Origin: Gekko japonicus
Lineage: Eukaryota
Reading direction: 5' to 3'
NCBI RefSeq assembly: GCF_001447785.1
Contig: NW_015160215.1
Coordinates: forward strand, 20,201 to 84,200
Length of the DNA stretch: 64,000 nt
Shown: positions 14,144-25,809 of the stretch, one piece after another
Layout of the letters: every line of letters starts with the position of its first letter
How positions within the stretch are numbered: position 1 is the first letter of the stretch
The notes under the pieces: generated by a model
Databases searched by the model: none
Seen by the model: the letters and a program-made list of their open reading frames with translations, nothing else
What the model was told of the DNA's origin: nothing
Position numbers and translations under genes: made by a program

Positions 14144-14773
14144 ATTAGGAGAAAGAAGACTGAAGTCACACATGCCATTTGACATGCAATTTCAGCCCTT
14201 CTCCCTTCGCTGGGAAGCACATGTCAAAAAGCAGTTTTTAAATACGTTTTTATCCTGTTTCTGAATCGATTGCTGGCTTTGCAGGGAAAGTTGATTTACA
14301 ACCGCCTTTCAACCTTCCAACGCTTTACAACACGCTGGTGATTTCGGCGGAAGTTTTATTGAAACCAGCCGCGAGATTGATGGTTATCATCGACGCGGAT
14401 CTCTCAATAACCGGGTCCGAGTGGGACACAAGTTGAGAGCGGGGCTCCCGGAGTCGGGGGGATGAGTACACACCTAGAGCCAGGGCGGTGGGCAAGGCAC
14501 GTGGTCCCCCCCCCCCGTGGTGTGAGCGACTTGGGTGAAGCTGTGTGGGTGGAAAGGGAGTCAGCGGCGCCGAGCCCCACATTTCTCCTCAAGGGGGGGG
14601 GGGAGAATGCTGCCCGCCTGCCTTCCCCTCTTCCCTCTCTTGGGGGACCCCAGGGAAAGGAGCCCCGCGCGGCGGCGCCGGTCCGCTCCCTCGCCTCCTT
14701 TCCCTCCCTCCATTGTGCAGCTGGCTACTTCAGCACTCCCACCTGCTGGCGGCGGCGAGGCGAAGCGAGCGAG

Positions 14774-14799
14774 CCCCCCCCCCCCCCCCCCCCCCCCCC
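14774..14799. repeat. C26 homopolymer
   Basis: 26 consecutive C. Confidence 0.95.
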
Positions 14800-14930
14800 A
14801 TTCACCCCTCTCAGCAGCACGCGTGTGTCCCCAGCTGAACCGGAGAGAGCCCCCTCCTCCTCCCTCCGGACTGGAGCCACCACCTCTCCCGTCCCTTCCC
14901 CGAACTAAGGCGGCTGTTGGCCGTATAAAG

Positions 14931-14963
14931 CGGCGGCGGCGGCGGCAGCAGCAGGAGCAGCAA
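14931..14963 (+). repeat. (CGG)5 followed by CAG-rich triplets
   Basis: CGGCGGCGGCGGCGGCAGCAGCAGGAGCAGCAA directly after the TATA-like box. Confidence 0.9.
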
Positions 14964-15100
14964 GCGACACCCGCGCCGCCAACGCCTCAGCCCCTTTCCC
15001 GTCGCGGCTGCCCTGAAGAGCCGCCACCGCCTTTCCCCAGGCGAGCGTGAGGCTTGGGGAATAGGAGGCGCCGCCGCCGTTGCCGCCGCCGCGGACTGCA

Positions 15101-15148
15101 ATGTGCCCCTCGCTGCTGTTAGTCCTGCCGCAGCAGCCGCAGCCCTGA
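15101..15148 (+). other. Candidate upstream ORF (MCPSLLLVLPQQPQP*) in the GRIP1b 5' UTR
   Basis: ATG at 15101, TGA at 15146-15148, 7 nt before the main ATG; translation not demonstrated. Confidence 0.5.
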
Positions 15149-15155
15149 AGGAGCC

Positions 15156-15210
15156 ATGCCGGGCTGGAAGAAGAACATCCCCGTCTGCCTGCAAGCGGAG
15201 CAGGAGCGAG
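15156..15210 (+). CDS. GRIP1: First coding exon of glutamate receptor-interacting protein 1, palmitoylated isoform GRIP1b (18 codons + 1 nt; phase-1 intron)
   Basis: GAGCCATG start; encodes MPGWKKNIPVCLQAEQER, matching my recollection of mammalian GRIP1b N-terminus MPGWKKNIPICLQAEEQER with the palmitoylated Cys11; GAG|GTGAGG donor at 15211; inside a CpG island. Confidence 0.88.
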
Positions 15211-18200
15211 GTGAGGGAGAGCGCGCGAGCCGGCGCCACCGGCTTTCCTGCTGCCCTCCTCCCGCGCCCTTCCCCCTCTCCCTCTCAGGTGCTCTCTGCT
15301 TCGCAAGGGAGCCCGCCCAGCCTGCCTCCCGCTCCCGGAGGCGGGAGGGGGTGCCTGGCAAAGGAAAGGGGGGAGTGTTTGCCGGGGAGAGGCACCTGAG
15401 GGAGGGGGAGGGGCGGCACGTCCTCCTGCCGCAAGTTAACTTTTCTTTGCCTGGGCGCCTTGCTTGGCTGCCTGGCTGCCTTCCCCTCCCTCTCTCCCTC
15501 CCTCCCTCCGGCCTGGCTTCTGTTTGCACTGCTGGTCGCCTCGGGATACAAAGAGACTCAGCGAAGTTTCATTCCATGCTCGTTTTTTTCTTTGAGGGGG
15601 GGCACGCTGGCTTGTTCCTTACAGGGGGAGGAATTCGCTTTGTAGAGGGACTCTGGGCGAGGAGAAAGTGTGGGTTTGGAGGAGGGAGAGGGCAGCTGGA
15701 GGTGGCGGCTTGGCTGATCTGCCCTTTGGCTGAGGGGAACCGGCAGCAACAGCGATGGTTGAGGATGTTCAGGCGATCAGGCATGTCCCACTCAGGGGCG
15801 AAGAGGATGGGGGGTTCGCGGGTGCTGTAGCGGCGCAGGACATCCCCTTCCTGCCATGCACATTCCTCTGGAGCGCAGCCCACGATCTCCGTATTCCCCC
15901 CCCCCCGCCAATTTACAGGGCGTCGTGTCAGGGCAGATCACACAGGAGGCAGGCAGCGTGCAGTGTTATCCCTCTTGGCATCCTGAGCATCTGGCTGTGG
16001 AAGAAGATGACAGTGGCACCCAACTAGGAAGGCTGTGAACTCCTGGGCTTGCTGGGTTTTCTGCATTCTTAGAGGATTTTCTCTCTTAAACTAAGTAAAT
16101 CATTGTAAAAACCGCAGACCAAGAAATCAGATAACCTAATTGTAGCTTTTGGAAGTTTCATCAGACATCTTGGTGAAACCATACAGTCTAGGGGAGTTCT
16201 AGGGGTAGAATATGTGATTGTCTGATATGAGGGACAGTTTTGTTGTTCGCTTTTAAAGAACAAGAATGTGTGGCACCTGTTTTGTAGCACTGCACAAAAC
16301 CCTTGTTGTCAAGCTCTCAGTCTTCCTGAACTTAGCTTGTTGCTCACTGTTTGTTGGACTCTTCAAAGGGTTTTGTTCTATGATTGCTAATACTTACAGT
16401 TGTACTTTGTATTGTGTTTGCCTTAAGTATTGTCAGAAATGGCAAAGGGCGCACACTTTTTCTCCCAAAGCCCTGACATGGTGGCCATTAATCCCTATTG
16501 ATGGCCAAAAAGTTCCTAGATTGTGTTTTATCACAACTGTTATTAATGAGAGTTTTCAAGTGCTAGACACAGCATTGAAAGCTCATCCTCAAGAGATCAG
16601 AATGATAAACAGCCTTGAATTTAAAAAATAGTCCCATAGTTTGTAAGGGCAATGATATCTTGAAATACTTTTGTAATTTTAGTGACATTGGAGAGGGGTG
16701 GAAAGAGGAACAACTTTTTTCAAATCCCACTTTTAAAAACAGCTTTCAAGAGGCATATGGGATTGGTATTTGGTAGCAATAAAAGAAGGTTTATATGTCA
16801 ACGTGGGATTGTTTGGTTTCCATTAAATCCTGTTACACTGGAGCTGATGTTTTCTTGTCTCATTTCAAAATCAACAAAGCTTTGGATGCATTGTGAATTC
16901 AGATTATAGCTGTGTAATGAATATAGAAGTGAGCTTTGACTGTCATTGGATTTTCTCTATCCTGATAGAGGCTGAACTGAGTGTAGGATGAGTTATGCCC
17001 AGGTTTTTAATACAGTACTGCCTAAAATTGCCTAAAGTTGCACACATTCCTCTAGGTAGGGATGATCTTTGGTTTGCTTGTCTTGTCTAATTGATTGTCA
17101 TGTTGGATATAGATGGGAGTATTAGAAACACTGACCACTTAGAAAATATTTAAATGAGGGGCTAGTTTCTCACATGTTCAAAGAAATAAATGTTTAGTTT
17201 TGATCACAAATAGACATGTTCCTAGCGACATTTTTTTCACTGATAAAGTTTATTGTAAATGGCAAAGACACCTAGGTACAAAAATTTTCTTTGGCTTTTT
17301 AAAGGTTAATTGAAATGTATGCAGCAGATATTTTGCATGAATTATCTCTCTCTTAGCACAGTAGTATAATAAACCATATCTAAAGGCAACATGCTCCTTT
17401 CTGACTTGAATACACCTTCATATTCTGGAAAAACAAAAATGGATAGATGGCTGTATTGTTACAAAGTAAGGTAACTCACTATTTGAATGCAGGAAAGATT
17501 CAGAATTATCTAATCACTGTATAGCAGAGACAGTGAAATCAGAATCATTTTTGTGCGTGAAAATCAGAGTCAAGAATGGTTATTGTGCTTTCTGCTTTAT
17601 CTTCTCTCTCTCTCACTCTCAGTCTGTGTCTCTTTGGTATGCCATGGAACAATTGCCTTTTCTTTGATGTTTTCTGCACCAGTAGAGATGCTGCTTTGTA
17701 AACAGTTCTCATGCTTATTTTATTTAATATGCATTTTCTGTTTATTTTCATAACAGTTCAACACAATTCATTTTTATAAATTATTATAACATTTTCCTTG
17801 TGCAAATAAAAAGCATTATGCATTTCTGAGGTAGAGTTCATTTTCTGTTACTCAAGCTCAGCTAATCAATTTAGCAAAATTTCAGTGCTTCAGATTCAAT
17901 TATCTCTCTTCCCTTTTGGTTATAAAAAAATATGAAGCAATCAAAATAAATAATAGGTATTGAATTGGAATATGAAGACTAGTCCAGATAAATCTTTTAA
18001 ACAAGCCAGGCCAGTCTTGTAATTAAATGAAGATGCATCTTTAGTGTTTAATATTGTGTTGACTTGGAAGGTGATTGCAAATATAGTTAAATTCTGATTC
18101 AAAGCCAGTTTGCTTATATCTCCCTCTGCTGTTAGAAGACAATATTTCCATCTTGAAGTTTATGTATAGAAATCAGGGCAATGTATTTTTTTTTTCTGTT

Positions 18201-18544
18201 ACTGCAGTCATCTTTTCTTCCAAAATATTAATTTCCTATGTAAAAGTATGCTGTAGAAACTCTGGTTTTTAAATTGTGGTGGTCCTGTGGCATGCATGTC
18301 TGAGCGACATATTTTTTTTAATGGGGGTGATGGTGGTTGCTGCCTACATCTACTTCAATACATCAAGCTTAGTCAACTTTGGTGACTAAATTGCATTTTC
18401 CTTCAGAATTTTTTAGAAAGAACACTACATAATTCAACAACCACCCTGAACTTCATAGCTTTTCTACCTTAGTCACTTCTTTTCATCATTCACAACTACA
18501 TCCACTTTAAAAAATTGTCATATAGTTTTATACATTTTAACTAT

Positions 18545-18633
18545 CAGTGCAATCCTATGAAGATTTTAGTCCAATCTAAATTCATGGATTTCAGTAGGCT
18601 TAGATGGAAGTAACTCTGCATAAAACCACAGTG
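18545..18633. repeat. Short (~70-90 bp) palindromic interspersed repeat; related copies at ~18822-18909, ~32996-33066, ~4735-4805
   Basis: CAGTGCAATCCTA...TCTAA..CATGGATTT..TTAGA..GTAACTCT...CAGTG imperfect fold-back shared between copies. Confidence 0.55.
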
Positions 18634-21350
18634 TAAACATCTTACAAAACAGAAAATGGAACGTTTTCTATGATCAGCAGAGTAAAGTAGATCAGCTCAA
18701 CAGGGGAAAGCTGATTGGCTCATCTCCAGAAACATTTCCTGGTCACTATAGTTTCAATCTCATAGAAAATTTTTGTACCTACTCATCTTTTACTGTCTTC
18801 CGTATCACCTGTCCTTTTATAGGGCCTTTCAGAGCAGAATTACAGTCTTCTAAGGCCATTCACTTCTGTGGATTTAGGAGGGTGTAACTTTCCGTCAGAT
18901 GGCACTGTCAATCCCCTAGTTGTAGATTAACTACTTTCCTTTGCCCCATTTTCACTACATAGCTCACAACTCTCATTACCCCACTTTTCATCTACCTTTA
19001 GCTCTTGTCCATCTCCTTCATTTCCCATTTTCTTACTCTTTAATAACTTCTTCCTACTAGCACCAATGTTACATGAAAAATCACTATTATCTGTTATTCC
19101 AACCCCCTGCACCTGTTTGCTTTGGTCAGAGAAAAATATGTACACTCTTATAATGGAAAGCATGGTTTCCCCAGGCAAGGAAAATGGTAGCCCCAGAGTG
19201 GTAACTGAGGTAACAAAGATGGCTTAATCTCATCCCCGACCCTAATCTGGAGGGTTCAACAACTGCTATTTACTGGTAAAAATGATGAGGGAAACCCATT
19301 CACGTATCTCTCAATGTCTGATCCAATGTAACCTTTAGTCTGTGTGCAGCTGTATTAGGCTTTAGCTTTGTTGACCTCAGAGCGACTCACCTCAGAATAA
19401 GACTTACTTAGAAGATCAGACTAGACTAGGCTTTCTAGTTAACATAATTTGAGATATAGTTCAGAATGGAAAATTGCTATTTCCATAACTTCTGTATTCT
19501 GTAAAAAAAATTGGGGTCTTTTTCATTTTGTGCAGTCAAATTACTACAAGTGGACTTCATTTTCTTAAATAAAAGATCTGAATTGTGGAAATTGTAGTGT
19601 AGCTGTTAAAGTAAACCCCATCACTTTAGCAATGGCATATAAAAATCCATAATATGATGTATCATTAAAATTCAGGGCATATTTTCCTCCAGATTTTCTG
19701 CCTAAACCTCTAATCTAAATCCAGTTATAAAAACACTTTTGAGGTGACATGCGGAAAACAGAAAAAAGGAAAGAAAGTATTTTCTAATTTGACAGTCTTC
19801 AGTATTCTTTCCGATCAAATTAAATGAAGTCATTTTATGAGTCTCATATGTCAGCTTTACAGTAGATCAGTTTTGGCAGGAGTATAGTGAACAATGACTG
19901 CTGTTTGGAATTAAGGCAGCGTCATAATGCAGAATTGCTTGCTTTTAAAAAGTTTAAATTACTTTTATATTTTTATGATTAAGTGGACTTTTTTATTTAA
20001 CTGGAACTATTGCTAATAATAAGCCATGTACAGCCTGATTACTAGGTAGAGTTAGGTGCTTTTATGATTTCAGCTTCTTAGCAGATATAATTTTGAGAGT
20101 TGTTACTCAACCCTGTATTGTGAAATGACACATCAATTATCTGGGAACAGCTGAATGTTGACCATTAGCACTTTACATTCTACAGTACTGAAAGGATGAA
20201 GAACCATCAATGTGTTTGTTACAATTTTTAAAACCTCTGTTAAGGACATTATACTATACACACAGTTATTAAAATGAACTTTTAAAAATGTGATACTGTT
20301 TTCTCAAACATTTGCACAAAACAAAAGCCCTTGCACATGCATTAGCAGACTCCCATGGACCCTTTCATTGTCCAGCTGGATGACAGCACTTGATGTGAGG
20401 GGAATTTCCCACAGGGACGATAAGAGAACAAAACAAAAATAAGAGAAAGAGAAGAAGATAGGGAGTGATCACCAATGACAGCTGTCTGTGCTGAGCCAAA
20501 CTGACACTCTGTCACTTTGAGACAAGTTCTTGAAATGCTACATCCTAGTTGGTGTCAATACCACAAAAACCAAAAAGACCCCAAAACCCTATAAAGCAAA
20601 AGACCAAAGTTTGATTCATAAGTTATTACTGTAACATGGTGGCAGTTCAGTGTGGCTGGGTGCCATGTTATATCAGCTGTGGTTGGATGAAAACCTGTAA
20701 AAGGGTGGAACTGGAGTAGAAGCAATTATGTCAATAGTAAATTGCTGTATTTGTTTTCCTATTAGAAGACTCTTGGCCTGCTTCAGTATGTGTTTGACAT
20801 AGAATATAAAAACAGTAAATGTGTACATGTGAGTTAAAACTCAAATTAATCAGACAATAACCAAGGATAACTTTGGAGCACAAGCCATATTGTGAGTGCT
20901 CAGTATGAAACCAAATGGGAAACACTTTATTTTCAACAGTGAGAGTGTTGTCCCTAATTTTGAGAAATGCTATCAAATTTGTTAGTACACCGCAGTTTCT
21001 TAGTCTCTTGTGGTTTGGAATCAAAGAGGTATCATGATGCAGAGCTGCTTGGTAGCTTGTCATCTTAAAATCTGTCTCTTAACGTTGTATAGTCCTAAAG
21101 ATTTGCAACCCTGTGTACAGAGTTCTAGGATCTGCAAATGTCTACCTGTTACTGTTGAGACATCATTGTTTTGGTTTGGAAATTGTCTGTAAGCAAAAAC
21201 AGGCCTTCATAATATAGCCTGAGAGAATAATCAAGCAAATCATTGGAGAAAAGCCTATGCTTGATTATACCATGCCCCAACTAAAAACAGCTGCTCTGTC
21301 AAAGTATTTGTGATAAGAATATATACTTGTGTAACTCTATGATTTAACTT

Positions 21351-23560
21351 CAGGTGTGTAGCCATGTTGCTCTGAAACAGTAGAACACTGTTGGCATCCA
21401 GTTGTACCTTTAAGACCAACAACATTTTATTTAAGGCGTGAACTTTTGTGTGCATACACCCTTGCTCAGACACATTGAAATGGAAGTTATCAGTCCATAC
21501 ATATAGGTAAAGGGTGAACAGCTAATTAGCATACAACATAATAAAGATGTTTTAACAGATGTGAGAACTAAACAGTTCATGACACCACAGACTTTCTGAG
21601 GAAAATACAATCTTTGAACAGCCTTCCAGAGAATACTATTTTAACCACCATGGATTTGGAAGCTCTGTATACCAACATCCCACACAAAGATGGATTACAA
21701 CCCATGAGGAATACGATTTCTGACAACAGCACAGCTGACTTTGCCCCCAAGCTATGCCATTTTGTTCTCACCCATAACCACTACAGATTTGATGGCAACT
21801 TGTTCCTCCAGGTCAATGGTACAACCATGGGCACCCGCATGGCCCCACAGTATGCTAACATCTTTATGGCTGACTTGGAGCAACACTTCCTAAACTCCTA
21901 CCCACTTCTTCCTCTCCTATACCTGCATTACACTGATGACATTTTTATTGTCTGGACACGTGATAAAGAAGCCCTGGACATATTCCATCAGTCATTTAAT
22001 GACTTTCACCCCACCATCAACCTGACAATGACCAGGCTATGGAAGGAACACATTTTCTGGATACCACTGTAACAATACACAATGGACGCATAGGCACTAC
22101 TTTAAACCTATTGACCAACAAACATACCCACATGCCTCCATCTACCATCCTAAACATACCAAATTATCCATTGTATACAGCCACGCTCTACACTATAGCT
22201 GCATCTGCTCCAATCCTACAGAAAGAGATTCTCACCTTAGGGATCTACAACAAACCTTTTTGGAACTAAAGTATCCACCTGATGAAGTCAGGAAAGAGAT
22301 TGACAAAGCCAGATTGGTACCCAAAGAAAACCTGTTGCAAGACAGGTCCTATCATGGGTCAGCTTGACCAGTCGGAACTCAGCCTGGAGGAAGACTCCTC
22401 AAGTGTTGCAGAACCTGGGCCCAGCTCACAAGAAACAGCTGAGGAAAGACAGGAACAGCTGAGGAAAGACAGGAGCTCTGGGATTCAATGCTGACAGCTG
22501 ACCCTGACTACTCCAGGCAGACTATGGGAGGGAATGATGAAGACCAGCTGGGGCAAGACGACTCCTCTGATTCCCCCTCAGCAGCAGATTTTGCTGGCAA
22601 CTTACAGAAAGAAGGCATAATGCATATCTCTTGGCTCAATGCTGGCATTTGACTGACAGCAGCCCTGATTGCAGGCATGGAAACAACAAGTCACATATCT
22701 GTGAACCCAGCGACCACAACTCCTGCCTTGTCTTGCACCCTGTGACTTTCAGTCTGACCTTGGACTTTGCTATCTGGATTACCTTTGGATTCTGTTCCTT
22801 GGACCTGTCTGCATCTAATGAATTACGGACTCTTGGACTGGCTTTGACTTCGCTTTTCCGACTGTTCTGGCACTGTCTGTCTACTCAGGTGCCTGTTGTG
22901 CCTGCTAGCCAGGACAGGCCCAAAAGAGACAAAAGCAGAACACTGCTAGTGGTCACATACAGCTCTCTACTCAAAATGGTTCAACGCATCAACGGTGACT
23001 TACAACCTTTACTGGATAATAACAGTTCTCTTTCACAAGTACTGGGGGTAAATCTTTTGTTGCGCACAGACAGCCCCCAAATCTCAAACAACTCCTCACC
23101 CACAATGATACAACATCTAATCTGAACATAAACACTGGTACCAGATCTTGCAATAAACCCAGATGCCAACTTTGCTGCCACATACACCCAGACAGCACAA
23201 TCACTGGACCTAACAACACCAACTACACCATCTCAGGTTTATTCACATGCTCATCTTCTAACATTGTATATGCAATTAAATGCCAACAATACCCTTCCGT
23301 TCTCTACATAGGACAAACAGGTCAAACCCTACGCCAAAGGATAAATGGACACAAATCTGACATCAACAATCACAAGACTGAGAAACCTCTAGGAGAACAG
23401 TTCAAACTTCCAGGACATTCAATGGGTGACCTCAAAGTAGCTGTTTGATTCCAAAGGAACTTCAGGAACCGACTGGAAAGGGAAATAGCTTAATTACAAG
23501 TTATTTTAACACTTGGAACAATAGGGATGTTGGTTTCTTATATTACCACATATGCTAAAC
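21351..23560 (+). mobile_element. Penelope-like retroelement, 5'-truncated and degenerate, with an inverted pLTR-like segment at its 5' side
   Basis: RT motifs MDLEALYTNIPH, GTTMGTRMAPQYANIFM, YTDDIF (21614-22072); GIY-YIG domain FTCSSSNIVYAIKC...LYIGQTGQTLRQRINGHKSDI (~23242-23364); frameshifts and stops; 21351-21577 is a minus-strand 3'/pLTR-type sequence. Confidence 0.9.
22347..22912. mobile_element. 566-bp insertion inside the Penelope ORF (solo-LTR-like, unclassified)
   Basis: Penelope ..LLQDR|PK.. frame is interrupted; GACAGG direct repeat at 22341-22346 and 22913-22918; GACCTTGGACTTTG / GGACTCTTGGACTGG motifs reminiscent of Gypsy-type LTRs. Confidence 0.7.
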
Positions 23561-24481
23561 TCTATCAGTCCTTACATCTGTATTCTCACCAAGAACGGCT
23601 ATACATCCTCTTTAGTTTAGTGTATTTCTTATTTGGAATAGTAGATTGGAATCACGATTGTAATGGGAGTTGGCTAATATGAAACAGGGAGGGAGACAGT
23701 TGGAGAGACACCAGTGGGCAACGAGTACCAATTCAGATCAGGACTATAAAGTGGCATTTATGGCACCAAATTCTTTTTTTCCTCTCTGCTTTCATTATAT
23801 CAGCAGACTCTCAACCAACAGAATTCTTCAAGATGACTTGTGCTCTTTTAGCCCTTAGACCTGATCCTTTGCAAGAAGATACATCCATCACCTGCTCTGA
23901 CTCATTATTATTATTATTGCTGATAAAGTTGCTACTATACAGCTCAGTTTAGATACCAGTTTAAATTCAGATCCTGTAACGCCTGCATTGGAACCATCAC
24001 TGGTAGAAGTTGCTTGGAACATTATGCATTGCTGTCCCAGATGAATGGAGAGAAGTTGCCCAAGACGTGTGAGGGCAGCTATCTGAAAATTGGATCCTTT
24101 CCCATCTTGGCTGATTAAATTAAGAGTACTTATTTCAAGAATAATTAACAAGTATTTTTTTTCAGGCCCTCAAGGAGGTGGTAGCATAGCCACAGCTGAA
24201 AAAATGCTTATCACCAAACAATTTCCTATCCTTCTTTCCTGATCAAGGTGATTCATTGTGTGGGACAGAACAGCTTCAAGTATTCTTGAATGACACATCT
24301 TTACTTGACCCATTTCAGTCTGGCTTCAGACCTGGCTAGGGAACAGGGACAGTTTAATCACACTGGTAGATGATCTCCAGCCACAGATCGACATAGGTAA
24401 TTTAGTTCTGTTAAATCTTTCTGCAGTCGTTCCTATGGTTGACCATTTCTTCTTGTTAGAATGTATGACCAGGGTCTCAGG

Positions 24482-24685
24482 CAATGCTCCCTCTAAACTG
24501 TGGAGTCTTGTGAGCAAAGATTCTACTTTGTGAGCTACTGGCATTAAAGTTGTGAGCAACTGATTTGGCTACTGCATAAATTAGTTTGCTCTGGAGCCAT
24601 CCTTCCTGAGCTAAAACAAAAACCTGTGAGCCGGAGGCTAAAAAACTGAGCTAGTTCACACTAACTCAGCTTAGAGGGAACACTG
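24482..24685. mobile_element. hAT (Tip100-like) MITE
   Basis: TIRs CAATGCTCCCTCTAAACTG / CAGCTTAGAGGGAACACTG; 8-bp TSD GTCTCAGG / GTTTCAGG. Confidence 0.85.
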
Positions 24686-25809
24686 GTTTCAGGTAATACA
24701 TTCTCCTGGCTTTGGGGAGGTCAAATCATCTTCCTGGGACCTAACTTGTGGAGATGGAATCATTTTCCTGGGACCTAATTTGTTGACTCCCTCAAGGCTT
24801 ACTGTTATCATGTATGCTTTTTAACATCTATATTAAGCCACTAAATGAGATCATCTGGAGCTTTGGGGTTGGGTGTCTTCAGTATGTTTGATGATGCCAA
24901 GTTATAAATCTCTTTAACTAAGCACCCAGATGGGACTGTCTCCCTGCTGAATCTTTGCCTGGATGCCATGGCCAAGTGGATGAGAGAGAAAATTGGATCC
25001 AGTCTTGCTTTCAGAGAAGCAGCTTGGCATTCTTGCTAGGATTGCATTCGTGCATTTACATCTAATTGGTAAATTGTCTTCCCCCTTAACTGATTTAGCC
25101 GTTGATGATCCACACTTCTACTGTTCTGCATTTTACAAGGATGCATTCTGCAAGGACAGAATTACTGTTCTATTACAGGGACCTATTACAGTTCTACAGG
25201 GCCTGTAAAACAGAGCTGTTCCACCAGACTTTTGGTTTAGGCCGTGGAGATTCAGTCATTATGGCCTCCCCTGTTCATGGCCCCTACCCAGTGCCCTGCT
25301 TTGTTGATTTTATCGCTTTTATTATTTTATGAATCTTACGTTGTAAGCTGCCCTGAGCCCACTCGAGGGATACGGCCTCCTCGCTGCTTAGATGAAACAG
25401 TCCTTCCCTTAACTCTAAGAACTATAGTTTATTCTTTCCTGTGGTCAATAAGTAAAAAGAAGTAAGAATAATAATTTATTTTTATTTATTTTATTTATTT
25501 ATTTTTGGGATTTATATCCCGCCCTATCCAACAGCTCAGGGCGGCTAACAGACGGCCATGCCTCAAAGCCTTATCAAGGGGTGCACTTTAAAAAAAAAAA
25601 AAAAAAAAAGATGTGCCAGTACTTTCAAGAGGGAAATGAAATTTTCAGTCTGTATACTGAAAACTGGTGAACTTTTAAACATTTTTAAAAGAATTTTGTT
25701 GAAGAGGTTCTAGAGTTCCATTCCAGTGCATTACCCCAGAAAAAAGCCCTGATTATTATTATTATTATTAATCTTTATCATCATTACTTGGAACATCACA
25801 CCCTTAAAT

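Larger units (their letters stand above)
14300..15950. promoter_or_regulatory. CpG island / GRIP1b promoter and first exon
   Basis: Abrupt GC- and CpG-rich stretch in an AT-rich, CpG-poor background; TATA-like TATAAAG at 14924-14930, CACGTG E-box at ~14499, GC-rich tracts; contains the GRIP1b start exon. Confidence 0.9.

Noticed and set aside
15156-15830. 224-aa ORF starting at the GRIP1b ATG
   Set aside because: Only the first 18 codons match GRIP1b; a GTGAGG donor follows and the rest is low-complexity read-through into GC-rich intron
14325-16038. Many overlapping Pro/Arg/Ala-rich ORFs on both strands
   Set aside because: Expected by chance in a CpG island with few stop codons; no recognisable domains
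25589-25609. A21 run suggesting a retrocopy tail
   Set aside because: No TSD, polyA signal or recognisable parent sequence upstream
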